Shown piece by piece: positions 26,476 to 36,094 of a DNA stretch of 64,000 bases. The position numbers and the translations under genes were made by a program. Within the stretch, counting starts at the first letter, position 1, and the number at the start of each line of letters is the position of its first letter. Under the pieces are notes generated by a model, which saw nothing but the letters and a program-made list of their open reading frames with translations, was not told the DNA's origin and did not search any database. This stretch comes from Candidatus Parcubacteria bacterium (GTDB lineage Bacteria; Patescibacteriota; Saccharimonadia; Saccharimonadales; Saccharimonadaceae), in NCBI GenBank assembly GCA_023432445.1, contig JAEYUP010000001.1, positions 495,907-559,906 of the forward strand. The letters are read 5' to 3'.

Positions 26476-27363
26476 TTATTTTTTATAGCCGCGCAAAAAA
26501 TCACCAGCAGTCATTTCTCGACCTGAAGGGCCAATTAGCTTCTCGATACGGAGGTATGAGCCGCCTTTACAAGCGACGTCTATCTCTGAGGTGGGGTGTT
26601 CGACGACTTGAGCTTTTTGGACGATAATTGGCTGACCAAGAACAGTTAGTTTTGTTTTTGGAAATGCCAGATGAGCACGAATGCGTCTCTCAGCTTCGGC
26701 TGCTGTAAACTTGGCTGGGTCAAGCTGAGCGTCGGACTTTTTGAGAAGTCGGCAGTAGGTCGCCTTAGAGTCATCCTGGGGTTTTGGTTGTAGATCGCCG
26801 CTGATTATAGTTGGCAATATTTCGCTCAGTCTTTTGGCGCCGATTCCACCAAGAATTTCTTCTAGTTCCGGAGAGCTTTCTCGTCCAGAAAGTGAGACGG
26901 TAGTTTGGTCGTATACCGGGCCGGCATCCATAGCAGCACTGAGTTGCATGATGCTGACGCCAGTCTCCTCGTCGCCGTTAAGGATGGTGGTTTCGATTGG
27001 CGAGGGGCCGCGGTATTTAGGCAATAGAGAGGGGTGTACGTTAACGATTCCGGGGGAAAACAGGTCAATTATAGACTGAGGAATTATTTTGCCATAGCTA
27101 ACCAGGACGCCGATAGGTGAGTCTAGCGCTCTGATGTTATCGGCTATATCCAATAGACGCTCTGGCTGCCAGACGGTTATGTCGTGCTGCTCGGCAATTA
27201 TTTTTACGGCTGGCGGCGTAAGCTTGCGACCGCGTCCTTGAGGGCTGTCTGGCTTGGTTATGACGGCGGCAATAGAAAAACCGTCCTCTATAAGGCGATT
27301 TAGGCTTTGAGCACTGAAATTATCAGTCCCAAAGAATACGACTGTCTTTGATGTGCTTGTCAT
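26476..27363 (-). CDS. fmt: Methionyl-tRNA formyltransferase
   Basis: VVFFGTDNFS, NVHPSLLPKYRGPSPIE, TGVSIMQLSAAMDAGPV. Confidence 0.9.
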   Translation of the reverse strand: MTSTSKTVVFFGTDNFSAQSLNRLIEDGFSIAAVITKPDSPQGRGRKLTPPAVKIIAEQHDITVWQPERLLDIADNIRALDSPIGVLVSYGKIIPQSIIDLFSPGIVNVHPSLLPKYRGPSPIETTILNGDEETGVSIMQLSAAMDAGPVYDQTTVSLSGRESSPELEEILGGIGAKRLSEILPTIISGDLQPKPQDDSKATYCRLLKKSDAQLDPAKFTAAEAERRIRAHLAFPKTKLTVLGQPIIVQKAQVVEHPTSEIDVACKGGSYLRIEKLIGPSGREMTAGDFLRGYKK

Positions 27364-27898
27364 AATCTAACGGAGCCAACTCTCCTGTGTCATCTAGGGT
27401 GTAGAAGGCATCCTCTCTGTCTTTAATATGGTCAATAAAAACAACCCCGTTGGTGTGGTCTATTTCGTGCTGGATAACCCGGGCCAGGAACCCATCTGCC
27501 TTAAAGCGGACCTCTTTGCCTTCGATATTCAAAGCTCGCACGCGCACTTTGCTGTACCTAGGCACCTTACCGTAAATGTCTTTTACGCTTAGGCAGCCTT
27601 CGTAATCTTCGACTATATTTCCTTCATATTTTACGATTTCTGGGTTGATGAGGGCAGTAAATTCTTTGACACCTTTGTCGTCAAAGTCGCTGCGTATGAT
27701 GACGACGCGGTCTAGTGAGTCTATTTGAACAGCTGCTAGGGCAGCACTAACTTCGTGTGGTCGAGAGTCTTCCCAATCAAGCGCGGCTGCCGTCATTGCT
27801 TCAATCAACCTCAAGGCCGGTTCGCCAAAGTGGGTGACGCGCTTGGACTTTTGTCGCAGGTGAGGGTTTGGCAAATTGATGATGTCGTCTTTGGTCAT
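27323..27898 (-). CDS. def: Peptide deformylase
   Basis: Three deformylase motifs: ALAAVQI, EGCLS, QHEIDH. Overlaps the fmt start by 41 nt. Confidence 0.9.
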   Translation of the reverse strand: MTKDDIINLPNPHLRQKSKRVTHFGEPALRLIEAMTAAALDWEDSRPHEVSAALAAVQIDSLDRVVIIRSDFDDKGVKEFTALINPEIVKYEGNIVEDYEGCLSVKDIYGKVPRYSKVRVRALNIEGKEVRFKADGFLARVIQHEIDHTNGVVFIDHIKDREDAFYTLDDTGELAPLDYDKHIKDSRILWD

Positions 27899-27985
27899 TA
27901 TCTATACAGTATACAGAATCAAAGGGGAGAATTACAGAGGCAAACGCGCTTCGATCTGCATCTTGCTCATGCTATACTTTACTAT

Positions 27986-29110
27986 ATGCACTCTCGTGGA
28001 CGAAAGAAAAATAAAAACATATCTAGGCCAGCCTTTACGATCGTCGAACTACTGATAGTCGTAGTTGTCATTTCGATTCTTGCCACGCTTTCCTTTGTAG
28101 CCTATAACGGGATCACAGACCGCGCCAAAGACGCTGCCGCTAAAAACGAAGCAAAGCAAACCTACACCAAGCTGCTTACGCATTCTATCAGCAATAATGA
28201 CCAGTACCCTGTTGATTTGGAAGATATTGGCGTGTCGAGCTCTGACGACACGTTCTACGAGTACACCCGTGACGACCCATCGACCTTTTGTCTAACCACG
28301 ACCGTGGCGGGCATCAGTTACTATGTATCTTCGTCCCAGTCTACGCCTAAGGAAGGTCTTTGCGATGGGCACCTGGGTGAAGAGGCGCCACCACCTCCGC
28401 CACCGCCAATTGCCGACGGTGACTTCCTTCAAATAATTACGAGTGAAAACTGCCCGAGTACGAGAGTCCGTGCTGTCGATGCTCGTGATAACCGCACGTA
28501 TTGGGTCCAAGAGATGGCTGATGGTAGGTGTTGGATGCTCACTAACCTAGCTTATGCCGGGGGAGGCGCGAATACCTATGGCGACGTCAGAACATTAACC
28601 ACTGGGGGTTCCGCAACCTATACTGAGCCAAAGTACTATGCCCCAAGTGGCGCTAATCCCACTACTGAGCCGAATAATCCTTCTACGGCCACGAATGCTA
28701 GTGGCCAGTACGGCTACTTATACAATTGGTGTGGCGCCATGGGCGGACAGGCTACCGCGGCCTGTGCGAACGCCGAAACCCCAACCCCTGACACAACTGT
28801 CACAGTTTGCCCGGCGAGTTGGAGACTCCCTATCGGAACCCCGACTACGGGTGAGTTTGCGCTGCTTAATAATGCAGTAAACGGCGGATCCACATCGAAC
28901 AGCTCAGGACTTCGCTCTACTTGGCTTGGCCAGTATAGCGGTCGTGGCGGTAGCAGCTTCGTAAATCAGGGCGTTTATGGCTATTACTGGTCTTCAACTC
29001 AAGACCTCGGCTCCAACGCTAAGTATTTATTGTTCGGCAACCCTTTTGTTTATGCACCCGATACAACAACCAAGAATCTTGGTCTTGCGGTACGCTGTGT
29101 AGCTATTTAG
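27986..29110 (+). CDS. Type IV pilin-like protein fused to a FISUMP (Fibrobacter succinogenes major paralogous) domain
   Basis: Start ATG 27986. Prepilin-type N-terminus RPA/FTIVELLIVVVVISILA with Glu at +5. Poly-Pro linker EEAPPPPPPPI. C-terminal RDNRTYWVQEMADGRCWMLTNLAY, YGYLYNWCGAM, CPASWRLP, GYYWSST, LGLAVRCV. Confidence 0.75.
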   Translation: MHSRGRKKNKNISRPAFTIVELLIVVVVISILATLSFVAYNGITDRAKDAAAKNEAKQTYTKLLTHSISNNDQYPVDLEDIGVSSSDDTFYEYTRDDPSTFCLTTTVAGISYYVSSSQSTPKEGLCDGHLGEEAPPPPPPPIADGDFLQIITSENCPSTRVRAVDARDNRTYWVQEMADGRCWMLTNLAYAGGGANTYGDVRTLTTGGSATYTEPKYYAPSGANPTTEPNNPSTATNASGQYGYLYNWCGAMGGQATAACANAETPTPDTTVTVCPASWRLPIGTPTTGEFALLNNAVNGGSTSNSSGLRSTWLGQYSGRGGSSFVNQGVYGYYWSSTQDLGSNAKYLLFGNPFVYAPDTTTKNLGLAVRCVAI

Positions 29111-29113
29111 TCG

Positions 29114-31057
29114 TTAGAGAAGGCTTGCAGGATCAAGCTCAGCCTGCCAGTTGGTGGCCGGGACCAGTTTCATTGCTTCGATGAGGTCTTGACGTTTCGC
29201 GCTCTTAAGAATGAGCTGCCAGCGGTAGGTGCCGTGCTGGCGTTCATAGAAGGCTGGAGTGGGACCTAGTATTTCAACGGACTTGGGGAGTTCTTTTCGG
29301 AGGGTATCGAGCAGCGAGCGACCCGCACGAACCGCTCCGGCCTCTGTTTTGTAGACGGTTGTGAGCTGTAGTAGGTACTGATAGGGCGGGAATTTAGCGC
29401 GCTGGCGTTCTTTGAGGGCGTACTGGTAGAAGCCTTCGTAGTTTTGGGTCACACCGAAGGTTATAACGGGGTGTGTCGGTTGGTAGGTCTGGATGACTAC
29501 GCTAGTGTCGCGTTGGTCACGTCCGACACGGCCGATGACCTGAGCGAGGAGCTGAAAGGTGCGTTCGGCAGCGATGTAGTCGGGGAGAGCAAGTCCGCTG
29601 TCGGCCTGGATCACGCCGACGGTGCGGAGTTTTGGAAGGTCCAAGCCCTTCGCGACCACTTGGGTGCCGACTATGATATCAATCGAGCCGTCGTAAAGCT
29701 CTTTATAGCGGTCTTGAAGGGTTTGCCCTTTGGTGTTGTCGGAGTCGAAGCGGGCAACGGTTGCGCGTGGGAATAGGCGCTCGAGCTCGGTAGCTATACG
29801 CTTGGTACCGACACCCTTATGGATGATGTTAGCCGAGCCACAGTCCGGACAGCTGGTAGGTGGCTTGTCGGTGGCGGAACAGATGTGGCAGGAGAGGGTA
29901 AAGCTGTCTTCGTGGAGGATGAATGGCACAAAACAGCGCGAACAAAGCGCCGTCCAGCCGCAGGCTTCGCAGAGGGTGGTGCTGGCGCTACCGCGACGAT
30001 TGTGAAACAAGAGAACTTGCTCGCCCTTGGTGAGGGTTTCTTCAATCTCGCTTAGCAACTGCCGTGAAAAGAAGCGGTGGGTGGAGCGATTGTCCAGGTT
30101 CGTCATGTCTACCAGCGAGACGCTTGATGGCAGTACGCCCTCTCTTGCGCGCTTGTCGAGCCGGATGATAGGTGCGCCGTTTTGCTCGGCAGTGAAGCGG
30201 TCTGCGACCAAAGGAGTCGCGGTACCGAATATAACCCGTGCCTTACATAGCTGACCAAACATACTGGCGACTCTTAGGGCCGAATAGCGGGGAGATTGCT
30301 CCTGTTTGTAGCTGGTTTCGTGGGCTTCGTCGACAATAACCGCACCGAGTTCGCGCACGGGTAGGAATAGGGCGGAGCGGGGTCCGATTATAACTTGTGG
30401 CGTCGTAGAGATAAGGGCTTTTTGCCAAACTTTGTGCCGCTCTGCTTCTGACATTTGCGAATGGGTGACTATGGCGCCGGGGAATTCGTGCGCAAACTCC
30501 TCAACGACCTGTTGGGTGAGGCCGATCTCTGGGACGAGAACGATAGTCGACTTGCCGTCTGACAAATTTCGGCGCGCGATTTCCTTATAAACTTCGGTCT
30601 TGCCCGAGCCGGTAACACCTTGAAGAATCGCAGTACCAGAGGGAATAGCGAAGATTTTTTCGATTGCTGAGGCTTGCTCGGGGTTGAACACAATATTTGT
30701 TCGGTCTCGGATTTTCTCTTTAGCTATGACCGGTTTTGAATCGCGCCTTTTGGTCGTTAATCCTCGAGGAAGTATGGTTTGAAGAACGGTTGCGAGAGGC
30801 GTGTGGTAATAATCGGCCAGCCATAGGGCTATCGACACGATGTGTCTTGGAAGCGGCGTTTCTTCGATAATCGATTCGACGGCTTTAGTGGCATAGGGGG
30901 GCTTGCCGACTTCGTTTATAACGAGGCCGGTCAACTTTTTGTTTCCCACCGGTATGATGACGAGTTGCCCGACTTTAACATCAAGTTCTGTCTCATAAGT
31001 AAAGACGTCACTTGACGCTCGAATAATTCGGTTTGGTGCTACCTCAACATATTTCAC
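29114..31057 (-). CDS. priA: Primosomal protein N' (replication restart helicase PriA)
   Basis: GVTGSGKTEVY, VDEAHE, paired CxxC zinc-finger insert (CEAC..CSRC..CHIC..CPDC), GTQVVAKGLD. Confidence 0.9.
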   Translation of the reverse strand: MKYVEVAPNRIIRASSDVFTYETELDVKVGQLVIIPVGNKKLTGLVINEVGKPPYATKAVESIIEETPLPRHIVSIALWLADYYHTPLATVLQTILPRGLTTKRRDSKPVIAKEKIRDRTNIVFNPEQASAIEKIFAIPSGTAILQGVTGSGKTEVYKEIARRNLSDGKSTIVLVPEIGLTQQVVEEFAHEFPGAIVTHSQMSEAERHKVWQKALISTTPQVIIGPRSALFLPVRELGAVIVDEAHETSYKQEQSPRYSALRVASMFGQLCKARVIFGTATPLVADRFTAEQNGAPIIRLDKRAREGVLPSSVSLVDMTNLDNRSTHRFFSRQLLSEIEETLTKGEQVLLFHNRRGSASTTLCEACGWTALCSRCFVPFILHEDSFTLSCHICSATDKPPTSCPDCGSANIIHKGVGTKRIATELERLFPRATVARFDSDNTKGQTLQDRYKELYDGSIDIIVGTQVVAKGLDLPKLRTVGVIQADSGLALPDYIAAERTFQLLAQVIGRVGRDQRDTSVVIQTYQPTHPVITFGVTQNYEGFYQYALKERQRAKFPPYQYLLQLTTVYKTEAGAVRAGRSLLDTLRKELPKSVEILGPTPAFYERQHGTYRWQLILKSAKRQDLIEAMKLVPATNWQAELDPASLL

Positions 31058-31109
31058 TTCTTTAGTATAAACGCTTGAGATAAAAAGAGGTAATCGCTAA
31101 TATAGGCAT

Positions 31110-31766
31110 ATGTACTTTGAAAGTCGTGAGCAGGCGGGTATAAAGTTAGCTGGTCGATTGTTCGACAGCTACCGCTATGAAAACTGTGCGGTTATCGCTC
31201 TGAATGACGGCGGCGTAATAGTCGGTGAACAAATAGCATCTTTTTTGCACTGCGTGCTTACTATGTTACTGGTTGAGGATGTTGTTATACCGGGTGAAAA
31301 TTTGACGTTTGGAGCCGTTTCGCAATCTGGAAGCTTTACAGTTAACAGCGATTTTTCACAAGGTGAAATAGACGGTTATAACTCTGAATACAACGGCTTT
31401 TTCCAAGAAAAGAAGCGAGAAGCTTTTCAGAAGATCAACCGCTTAGTGGGTGATGGTGGCACAATTAACTACGATTTACTTCGAAACAGGACGGTTATAT
31501 TGGTCAGCGACGGGTTCCGTGATGGCGGCGAGCTTGATTCGGTGGTTGACTTTCTGAAGCCGGTTCGCATCGATCGTTTGGTGATTGCTTCGCCGATTGC
31601 CTCTAGTTCGGCAGTCGACAAGCTCCACATTATTGCCGACGAGCTACACATACTAGATGTTAAGAGCAACTACCTCGACACGGACCACTATTATGAGAAT
31701 AATACAGTGCCTTCACACGAGGAGACGGTGGATAAAATTAATAAGATTGTGCTGAATTGGCGTTGA
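31110..31766 (+). CDS. Phosphoribosyltransferase-family protein (degenerate PRPP motif)
   Basis: 218-aa ORF. VILVSDGFRDGGELD sits at the position of the PRT acidic-loop motif. Overall layout resembles the 'putative phosphoribosyl transferase' family. Confidence 0.55.
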   Translation: MYFESREQAGIKLAGRLFDSYRYENCAVIALNDGGVIVGEQIASFLHCVLTMLLVEDVVIPGENLTFGAVSQSGSFTVNSDFSQGEIDGYNSEYNGFFQEKKREAFQKINRLVGDGGTINYDLLRNRTVILVSDGFRDGGELDSVVDFLKPVRIDRLVIASPIASSSAVDKLHIIADELHILDVKSNYLDTDHYYENNTVPSHEETVDKINKIVLNWR

Positions 31767-31833
31767 CCGACGAGCCATGGTCGGTGTAGAATAAGCTACA
31801 ACACGACTGAGTGCAGGCAATAAAAGGGGAGTA

Positions 31834-32136
31834 ATGTTAGACGTTTTTATCACATCAAGGGTGCGCCGGAAAATTGTGGTTGTTTATGCCAAGTATCCTG
31901 ATTTTCGCACTCATGTCCGCGGCCTTGCTAAGCTCATCAAGGAAGACCCGGGAAATATTCAGCGCGAGCTGAAGCGCCTAGAGAAAGTTGGCTTTCTCAA
32001 TAGCGAGCGTCAGGGTAACACTAAGATTTACGCTACTAATAAGCAGTTCCCGATTTTTAAAGAGTTGCAAAGTATCGTGATTAAGTCACAGCAGCAAGCA
32101 TCACGCGTTAAGCGCAGCTCATCTGACATTGCCTAA
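31834..32136 (+). CDS. Small winged-helix transcriptional regulator
   Basis: 100-aa ORF. VRGLAKLIKEDPGNIQRELKRLEKVGFL resembles a wHTH recognition helix plus wing. The stop overlaps the recJ start. Confidence 0.5.
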   Translation: MLDVFITSRVRRKIVVVYAKYPDFRTHVRGLAKLIKEDPGNIQRELKRLEKVGFLNSERQGNTKIYATNKQFPIFKELQSIVIKSQQQASRVKRSSSDIA

Positions 32137-33809
32137 TGACCCTTTTTGACCGCATCCTTGCGGCGCGCGGCCTGTCCCCAGCGGAACAGGCGCTTTTTGT
32201 GTCGCCGGACTATGAAAAGAGCTGCGACCCTTTCTTGTTGCCGGATATGTCAGAGGCTGTCGATAGACTAGTGGCTGCGCATAAAGCCGGCGAGAAGATC
32301 GCTATTTATGGCGACTATGACATCGATGGCCTGACAGCTACCACCTTACTTTTGGACGCGCTGGAGCGGTTTGGGTTTCAAGACGTGGCGCCATTTATAC
32401 CAAATCGCTTTACTGAAGGCTATGGATTAACAATTGATGCCGTAGAGCGGATAATCGCCGATGGCGCGGAGCTTATCGTGACCGTGGACTGTGGTAGTCT
32501 GAGCCACAAAGAAATTGCAAGAGCCGCCGAGTTGGGGGTCGACGTTATAGTTACCGACCATCATAATGTTGCGCCCGAGCAGCCGTCGGCCGTAGCTGTG
32601 GTCAACCCTAAGCGGCTGCTTCAAGATAATCCGAGTGATTATAAAGAATTGATTCTATCTAGTGATCGAACTGACCTCTATCCTTTCTTGGATTTGCCTG
32701 GAGTTGGTGTAGCCTTTAAGTTGGTCCAAGCCCTTCAGACGCGCCTAGAAGGCATCCCGAAAGGTCAGGAGAAGTGGTATTTAGACTTGGTGGCCCTCGG
32801 CACGGTTTGCGATGTCGTAACGCTTTTGGATGAAAACAGAACCCATGTCTACTGGGGCCTAAAGGTGCTTGCTAAAACACAGCGACCAGGCCTAAGGGCT
32901 CTTATGGCGGTGTCCGGCGTCGAGCCGCAAAAAGTTAACGCTGGCTCGCTAGGGTTCGCGCTAGGGCCGCGCATGAATGCTGCCGGACGACTAGAGACGG
33001 CCCTGATCGCCCTGAACCTGCTTACTTCTAAAGGCGGCGAGGAAGCGATGAAATATGCGCGCCTACTTGATGACATGAATAAAACCAGACGGCAGGAGCA
33101 GGCGGATATCTTGAAGGCGGCGATAGTTCAGGCCGAAAAGTATGCAGACGATAAAGTTTTAGTGGTTAGCGCGCCTGGCTGGAATCACGGCATCGTTGGC
33201 ATCGTGGCAGCTAAATTACTAGAGCGCTTCAAGAAGCCTACTTTTGTCATTGAAGAAGGTGAGAATGAGGCCAAAGGGTCTGCTCGTAGCTACGGTGACT
33301 TTAGCGTGGCCGATGCTATTCGGGCGGCTGACGACATCATCATAAAAGGTGGCGGTCATCGTTTGGCCGCGGGTGTGACTTTGCCAGTCGCTAATATAGA
33401 TATGTTTCGGCGTCGAGTTAATGAGTATTACGCTAGTCAAAAACTTGAGAATCAAGAAGATTTATTATTGCCGCGTGCCGATGTCGATGCGCGATTTGAT
33501 GAGCTCGAAGAATCGGTCGTGCTACAGATCGCTAGTTTGGAACCTTTTGGCAAGGGTAACCCGCAGCCTATACTGCGCACCGAGAACGTGACGGCCATCG
33601 ATGTTCGTCGCATGGGAGATAAGGGCCAACATGTCAAAATTCTCTTTCGTGATGAAAATGGCGTAACGTTGTCGTTGCTAGCTTTTAGTGCCCCGGAAAA
33701 CTTCTTTTTAGAGATCGGACAAGCCGTAACTGTTTGGTACTCACCGGACATTAACGAATGGCAAGGCCGGCGGGCGGTCGAAGGCCGGTTGGTTCATCTG
33801 GAAACGTAA
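32136..33809 (+). CDS. recJ: Single-stranded-DNA-specific exonuclease RecJ
   Basis: DHH-family motifs: IYGDYDIDGLTAT, VTVDCG, VTDHH. GGHRLAAG DHHA1 motif. Confidence 0.9.
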   Translation: MTLFDRILAARGLSPAEQALFVSPDYEKSCDPFLLPDMSEAVDRLVAAHKAGEKIAIYGDYDIDGLTATTLLLDALERFGFQDVAPFIPNRFTEGYGLTIDAVERIIADGAELIVTVDCGSLSHKEIARAAELGVDVIVTDHHNVAPEQPSAVAVVNPKRLLQDNPSDYKELILSSDRTDLYPFLDLPGVGVAFKLVQALQTRLEGIPKGQEKWYLDLVALGTVCDVVTLLDENRTHVYWGLKVLAKTQRPGLRALMAVSGVEPQKVNAGSLGFALGPRMNAAGRLETALIALNLLTSKGGEEAMKYARLLDDMNKTRRQEQADILKAAIVQAEKYADDKVLVVSAPGWNHGIVGIVAAKLLERFKKPTFVIEEGENEAKGSARSYGDFSVADAIRAADDIIIKGGGHRLAAGVTLPVANIDMFRRRVNEYYASQKLENQEDLLLPRADVDARFDELEESVVLQIASLEPFGKGNPQPILRTENVTAIDVRRMGDKGQHVKILFRDENGVTLSLLAFSAPENFFLEIGQAVTVWYSPDINEWQGRRAVEGRLVHLET

Positions 33810-33886
33810 TTACTTGTGGTTTGTTTTTCGGTGTCATTACACTATAATTGACACACCATCGTCGTTTTCTATAGAAAGGTTACGAC

Positions 33887-34360
33887 ATGCGCACATCAAA
33901 GCGAGAACGACCCCGTAAGGTGCTTGAGGATGTCGGGAGCCAGCCTATATCAGTGAAGGTCGTACTTGACGCCCCAAGCGTTGAAGAGGTGAGGCTAGCA
34001 CTCAACAAGCGAGAGAGTAAGACTCAGCTCAGTGTGACGATTGCAGAGCTATTCCGCCTTTCTACTGCGTCACTGACGAGGGCGGGCGATGTTCGTCTGG
34101 GCGGCGTTTCCAAGATTGTGGAGCTGAAGCTTTACAGAGTGGAGCAGCTTGTCCTTAACGCTGACGGGGGTTATACCTTCCTTGGTGTTATTCACAGTTC
34201 GTCAGAATGGGAAGCGAATTACAATGCAGGGTGGGAAACTTATGACGTGTGGCAACTGTGTCGCTTCAGTGTCCCAGGGAATAAAGACAGGCTTGCGACC
34301 TACGAGGTTATTAGCAGTGAAGAGTTGTCTTATGACCCCTGGCTATCTAAGGGTGTCTAG
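33887..34360 (+). CDS. Hypothetical protein
   Basis: 157-aa ORF with an AAAGG SD-like element upstream. No motif recognised. Confidence 0.45.
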   Translation: MRTSKRERPRKVLEDVGSQPISVKVVLDAPSVEEVRLALNKRESKTQLSVTIAELFRLSTASLTRAGDVRLGGVSKIVELKLYRVEQLVLNADGGYTFLGVIHSSSEWEANYNAGWETYDVWQLCRFSVPGNKDRLATYEVISSEELSYDPWLSKGV

Positions 34361-34373
34361 CCCGTTCTAGAAG

Positions 34374-34409
34374 TTGAGCCTGCTCCTTCTGGGGCGGGCT
34401 CAATTTTTT
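34374..34409. terminator. Bidirectional terminator between convergent genes
   Basis: TTGAGCCTGC-(10-nt loop)-GCGGGCTCAA followed by TTTTTT. Confidence 0.75.
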
Positions 34410-34734
34410 AGAGACGCTCCAGCCGGCGAGCGTCAGGAGGCATGGTGATGATGCGTCCAGCCGCTTCAGCGGCGGCAGGGTCTGCGCTAGATGTGTCGGT
34501 TTCGGGCTCCAAGCTAGGTATAAATGTTGGTTCTATCATCGCTTCATGGCCGCGAATTGACTTTGCAGCTACCTCTTCGCGCGTGATACTCTGTGGCTGG
34601 TCGTGTTCAAAGCTTGTCTCAAGGTTAACTTCAGGTAGGGGTATGCCACCAGGTGCTAGTTGGTCGCCTGTAACGCTCTTGGGTGCCAGATAAGGGCCTT
34701 GGCTGTCGGTCAAATTTTTTATTATTTCGTTCAT
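34408..34734 (-). CDS. Hypothetical acidic/Pro-rich protein
   Basis: 108-aa ORF. On the minus strand TGtTATACT lies 7 nt upstream of the ATG. Confidence 0.45.
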   Translation of the reverse strand: MNEIIKNLTDSQGPYLAPKSVTGDQLAPGGIPLPEVNLETSFEHDQPQSITREEVAAKSIRGHEAMIEPTFIPSLEPETDTSSADPAAAEAAGRIITMPPDARRLERL

Positions 34735-34802
34735 AATTTTCAGTATAACATTATGGTTAAGCTTGTTCTTTCTTGGACGGACTCAATTTCTTTTTATACC
34801 CC

Positions 34803-34831
34803 TTGCAAGTCTCCTCTACATCTGTTACAAT
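34803..34831 (+). promoter_or_regulatory. Promoter of rpsU
   Basis: TTGCAA (34803-34808), 17-nt spacer, TGtTACAAT (-10 at 34826-34831), 11 nt before the ATG. Confidence 0.7.
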
Positions 34832-34842
34832 CAACCACTGAT

Positions 34843-35058
34843 ATGGTACAAGTAACACGTAAAGACGAACGCGAAGCGAACGAAAACATCATTCGTCGTT
34901 TTAACCGTAAAGTTTTGCAGAGTGGTGTTTTGGCTGAAGCAAAGGCATCAATGCGCTTTTCGAAAGACATCAGCAAGACCGAGCGACGCAAAAAAGCAAT
35001 TATCCGAAAAGAGCGAAAAGCCCAAAAGGTTTCTAAAGCTCGACTCGGTCTACGCTAA
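34843..35058 (+). CDS. rpsU: 30S ribosomal protein S21
   Basis: MVQVTRKDEREANENIIRRFNRKVLQSGVL ... ERRKKAIIRKERKAQK. Start set at ATG 34843. Confidence 0.85.
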   Translation: MVQVTRKDEREANENIIRRFNRKVLQSGVLAEAKASMRFSKDISKTERRKKAIIRKERKAQKVSKARLGLR

Positions 35059-35069
35059 GGAGTTCACCA

Positions 35070-35525
35070 GTGTCTCTTAAGACGCAACTTGAAAGCGACC
35101 TAAAAAAGGCGCTACTTAGTGGTGAGCGATTTAAGGCCGATACACTACGCAACTTGAGGGCCGCAATTCTAAACGAAGAGGTTGCAAGTGGTAAGCGAGA
35201 CGAAGGTTTGGCCGATGCTGAAATTGAGAAAATTATCGCTCGTGAAGTAAAGAAGCGGGTCGAGAGCGCCGAACTCTACGTTCAAGCTGGTCGCCAAGAG
35301 CTGGCTGATAACGAAAACGCTGAAATTGCCGTGCTGGAGGTTTATTTGCCCGAGCAGGTCTCTGAGGCCGACATACAAAAAGTGGTCGATGAGACAATCG
35401 CCACACTGGGTGTCTCTGGTCCACAAGCGATGGGTCAGGTTATCGGTGCAGTTAAGGGCAAGCTTGGCAACGCGGCCGATGGCGCAACCGTCGCCCGTCT
35501 GGTCAAAGACGCTTTGTCTGCTTAG
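35070..35525 (+). CDS. GatB/YqeY domain-containing protein
   Basis: GTG start. LKKALLSGERFKADTLRNLRAAILNEEV ... VYLPEQ ... MGQVIGAVKGKLGNAADG is typical of YqeY. Confidence 0.75.
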   Translation: MSLKTQLESDLKKALLSGERFKADTLRNLRAAILNEEVASGKRDEGLADAEIEKIIAREVKKRVESAELYVQAGRQELADNENAEIAVLEVYLPEQVSEADIQKVVDETIATLGVSGPQAMGQVIGAVKGKLGNAADGATVARLVKDALSA

Positions 35526-35545
35526 CTCTGTGGTACGATAGAAAT

Positions 35546-36094
35546 ATGATTGTTATTTTTGGTCCAGCCGGTGCTGGAAAAAGCATCCAGGGGCAAATCT
35601 TAGCTGCTCGTATGGGCTGGCGTTGGCTGAGCGCCGGGCAGATTTTGCGCGATACGCGTGACCCGGAGATTTTGCGACATATGCACGGTGGTAATCTTAT
35701 GCCACACGAAACAGTCGTCAAGGTTATGGGCGAAGCTATTTCTAAAGCCGGCGATATCGACGAGATTATTTTGGACGGTTTTCCGCGTGAGATGGAGCAA
35801 GCCGAGTGGTTAGTTAACAGCCAGACCGATCATGGCCGGGACATTAAACTAGTGGTCGTACTGGAGGTGTCTCGCCAGGAGCTTCTGAACCGTCTGGCTA
35901 TTCGAGGGCGGGCAGACGATGTTCCGGATGCCATCGATAAGCGACTTGAGATTTACCGTCAGGCTATGTATCCAATCTTGGGGTATTTCACCGACCAGCA
36001 TGTGGCGGTCGTCCATATCGATGGTGAGGGACAGGTGGGTGAAATTCACGATAGGATTTATGCAGAGCTCGACAGTCGAGGATTGATCAAATAA
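35546..36094 (+). CDS. adk: Adenylate kinase (short-LID type)
   Basis: P-loop IFGPAGAGKSIQG, ILDGFPRE, RGRADD. Confidence 0.8.
   Translation: MIVIFGPAGAGKSIQGQILAARMGWRWLSAGQILRDTRDPEILRHMHGGNLMPHETVVKVMGEAISKAGDIDEIILDGFPREMEQAEWLVNSQTDHGRDIKLVVVLEVSRQELLNRLAIRGRADDVPDAIDKRLEIYRQAMYPILGYFTDQHVAVVHIDGEGQVGEIHDRIYAELDSRGLIK

Noticed and set aside
27755-27985. 77-codon N-terminal extension of the pilin ORF in the track
   Set aside because: The extension overlaps the def coding region on the opposite strand. The pilin signal peptide, a TGcTATACT promoter and ATG 27986 define a much better start.
34660-34842. N-terminal extensions of rpsU in the track, and similar extensions of rplU 49981-50019, rpmE 57516-57596 and VKOR 57540-57596
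   Set aside because: The conserved protein N-termini start at internal Met codons. Those codons are preceded by promoters that fall inside the supposed extensions.
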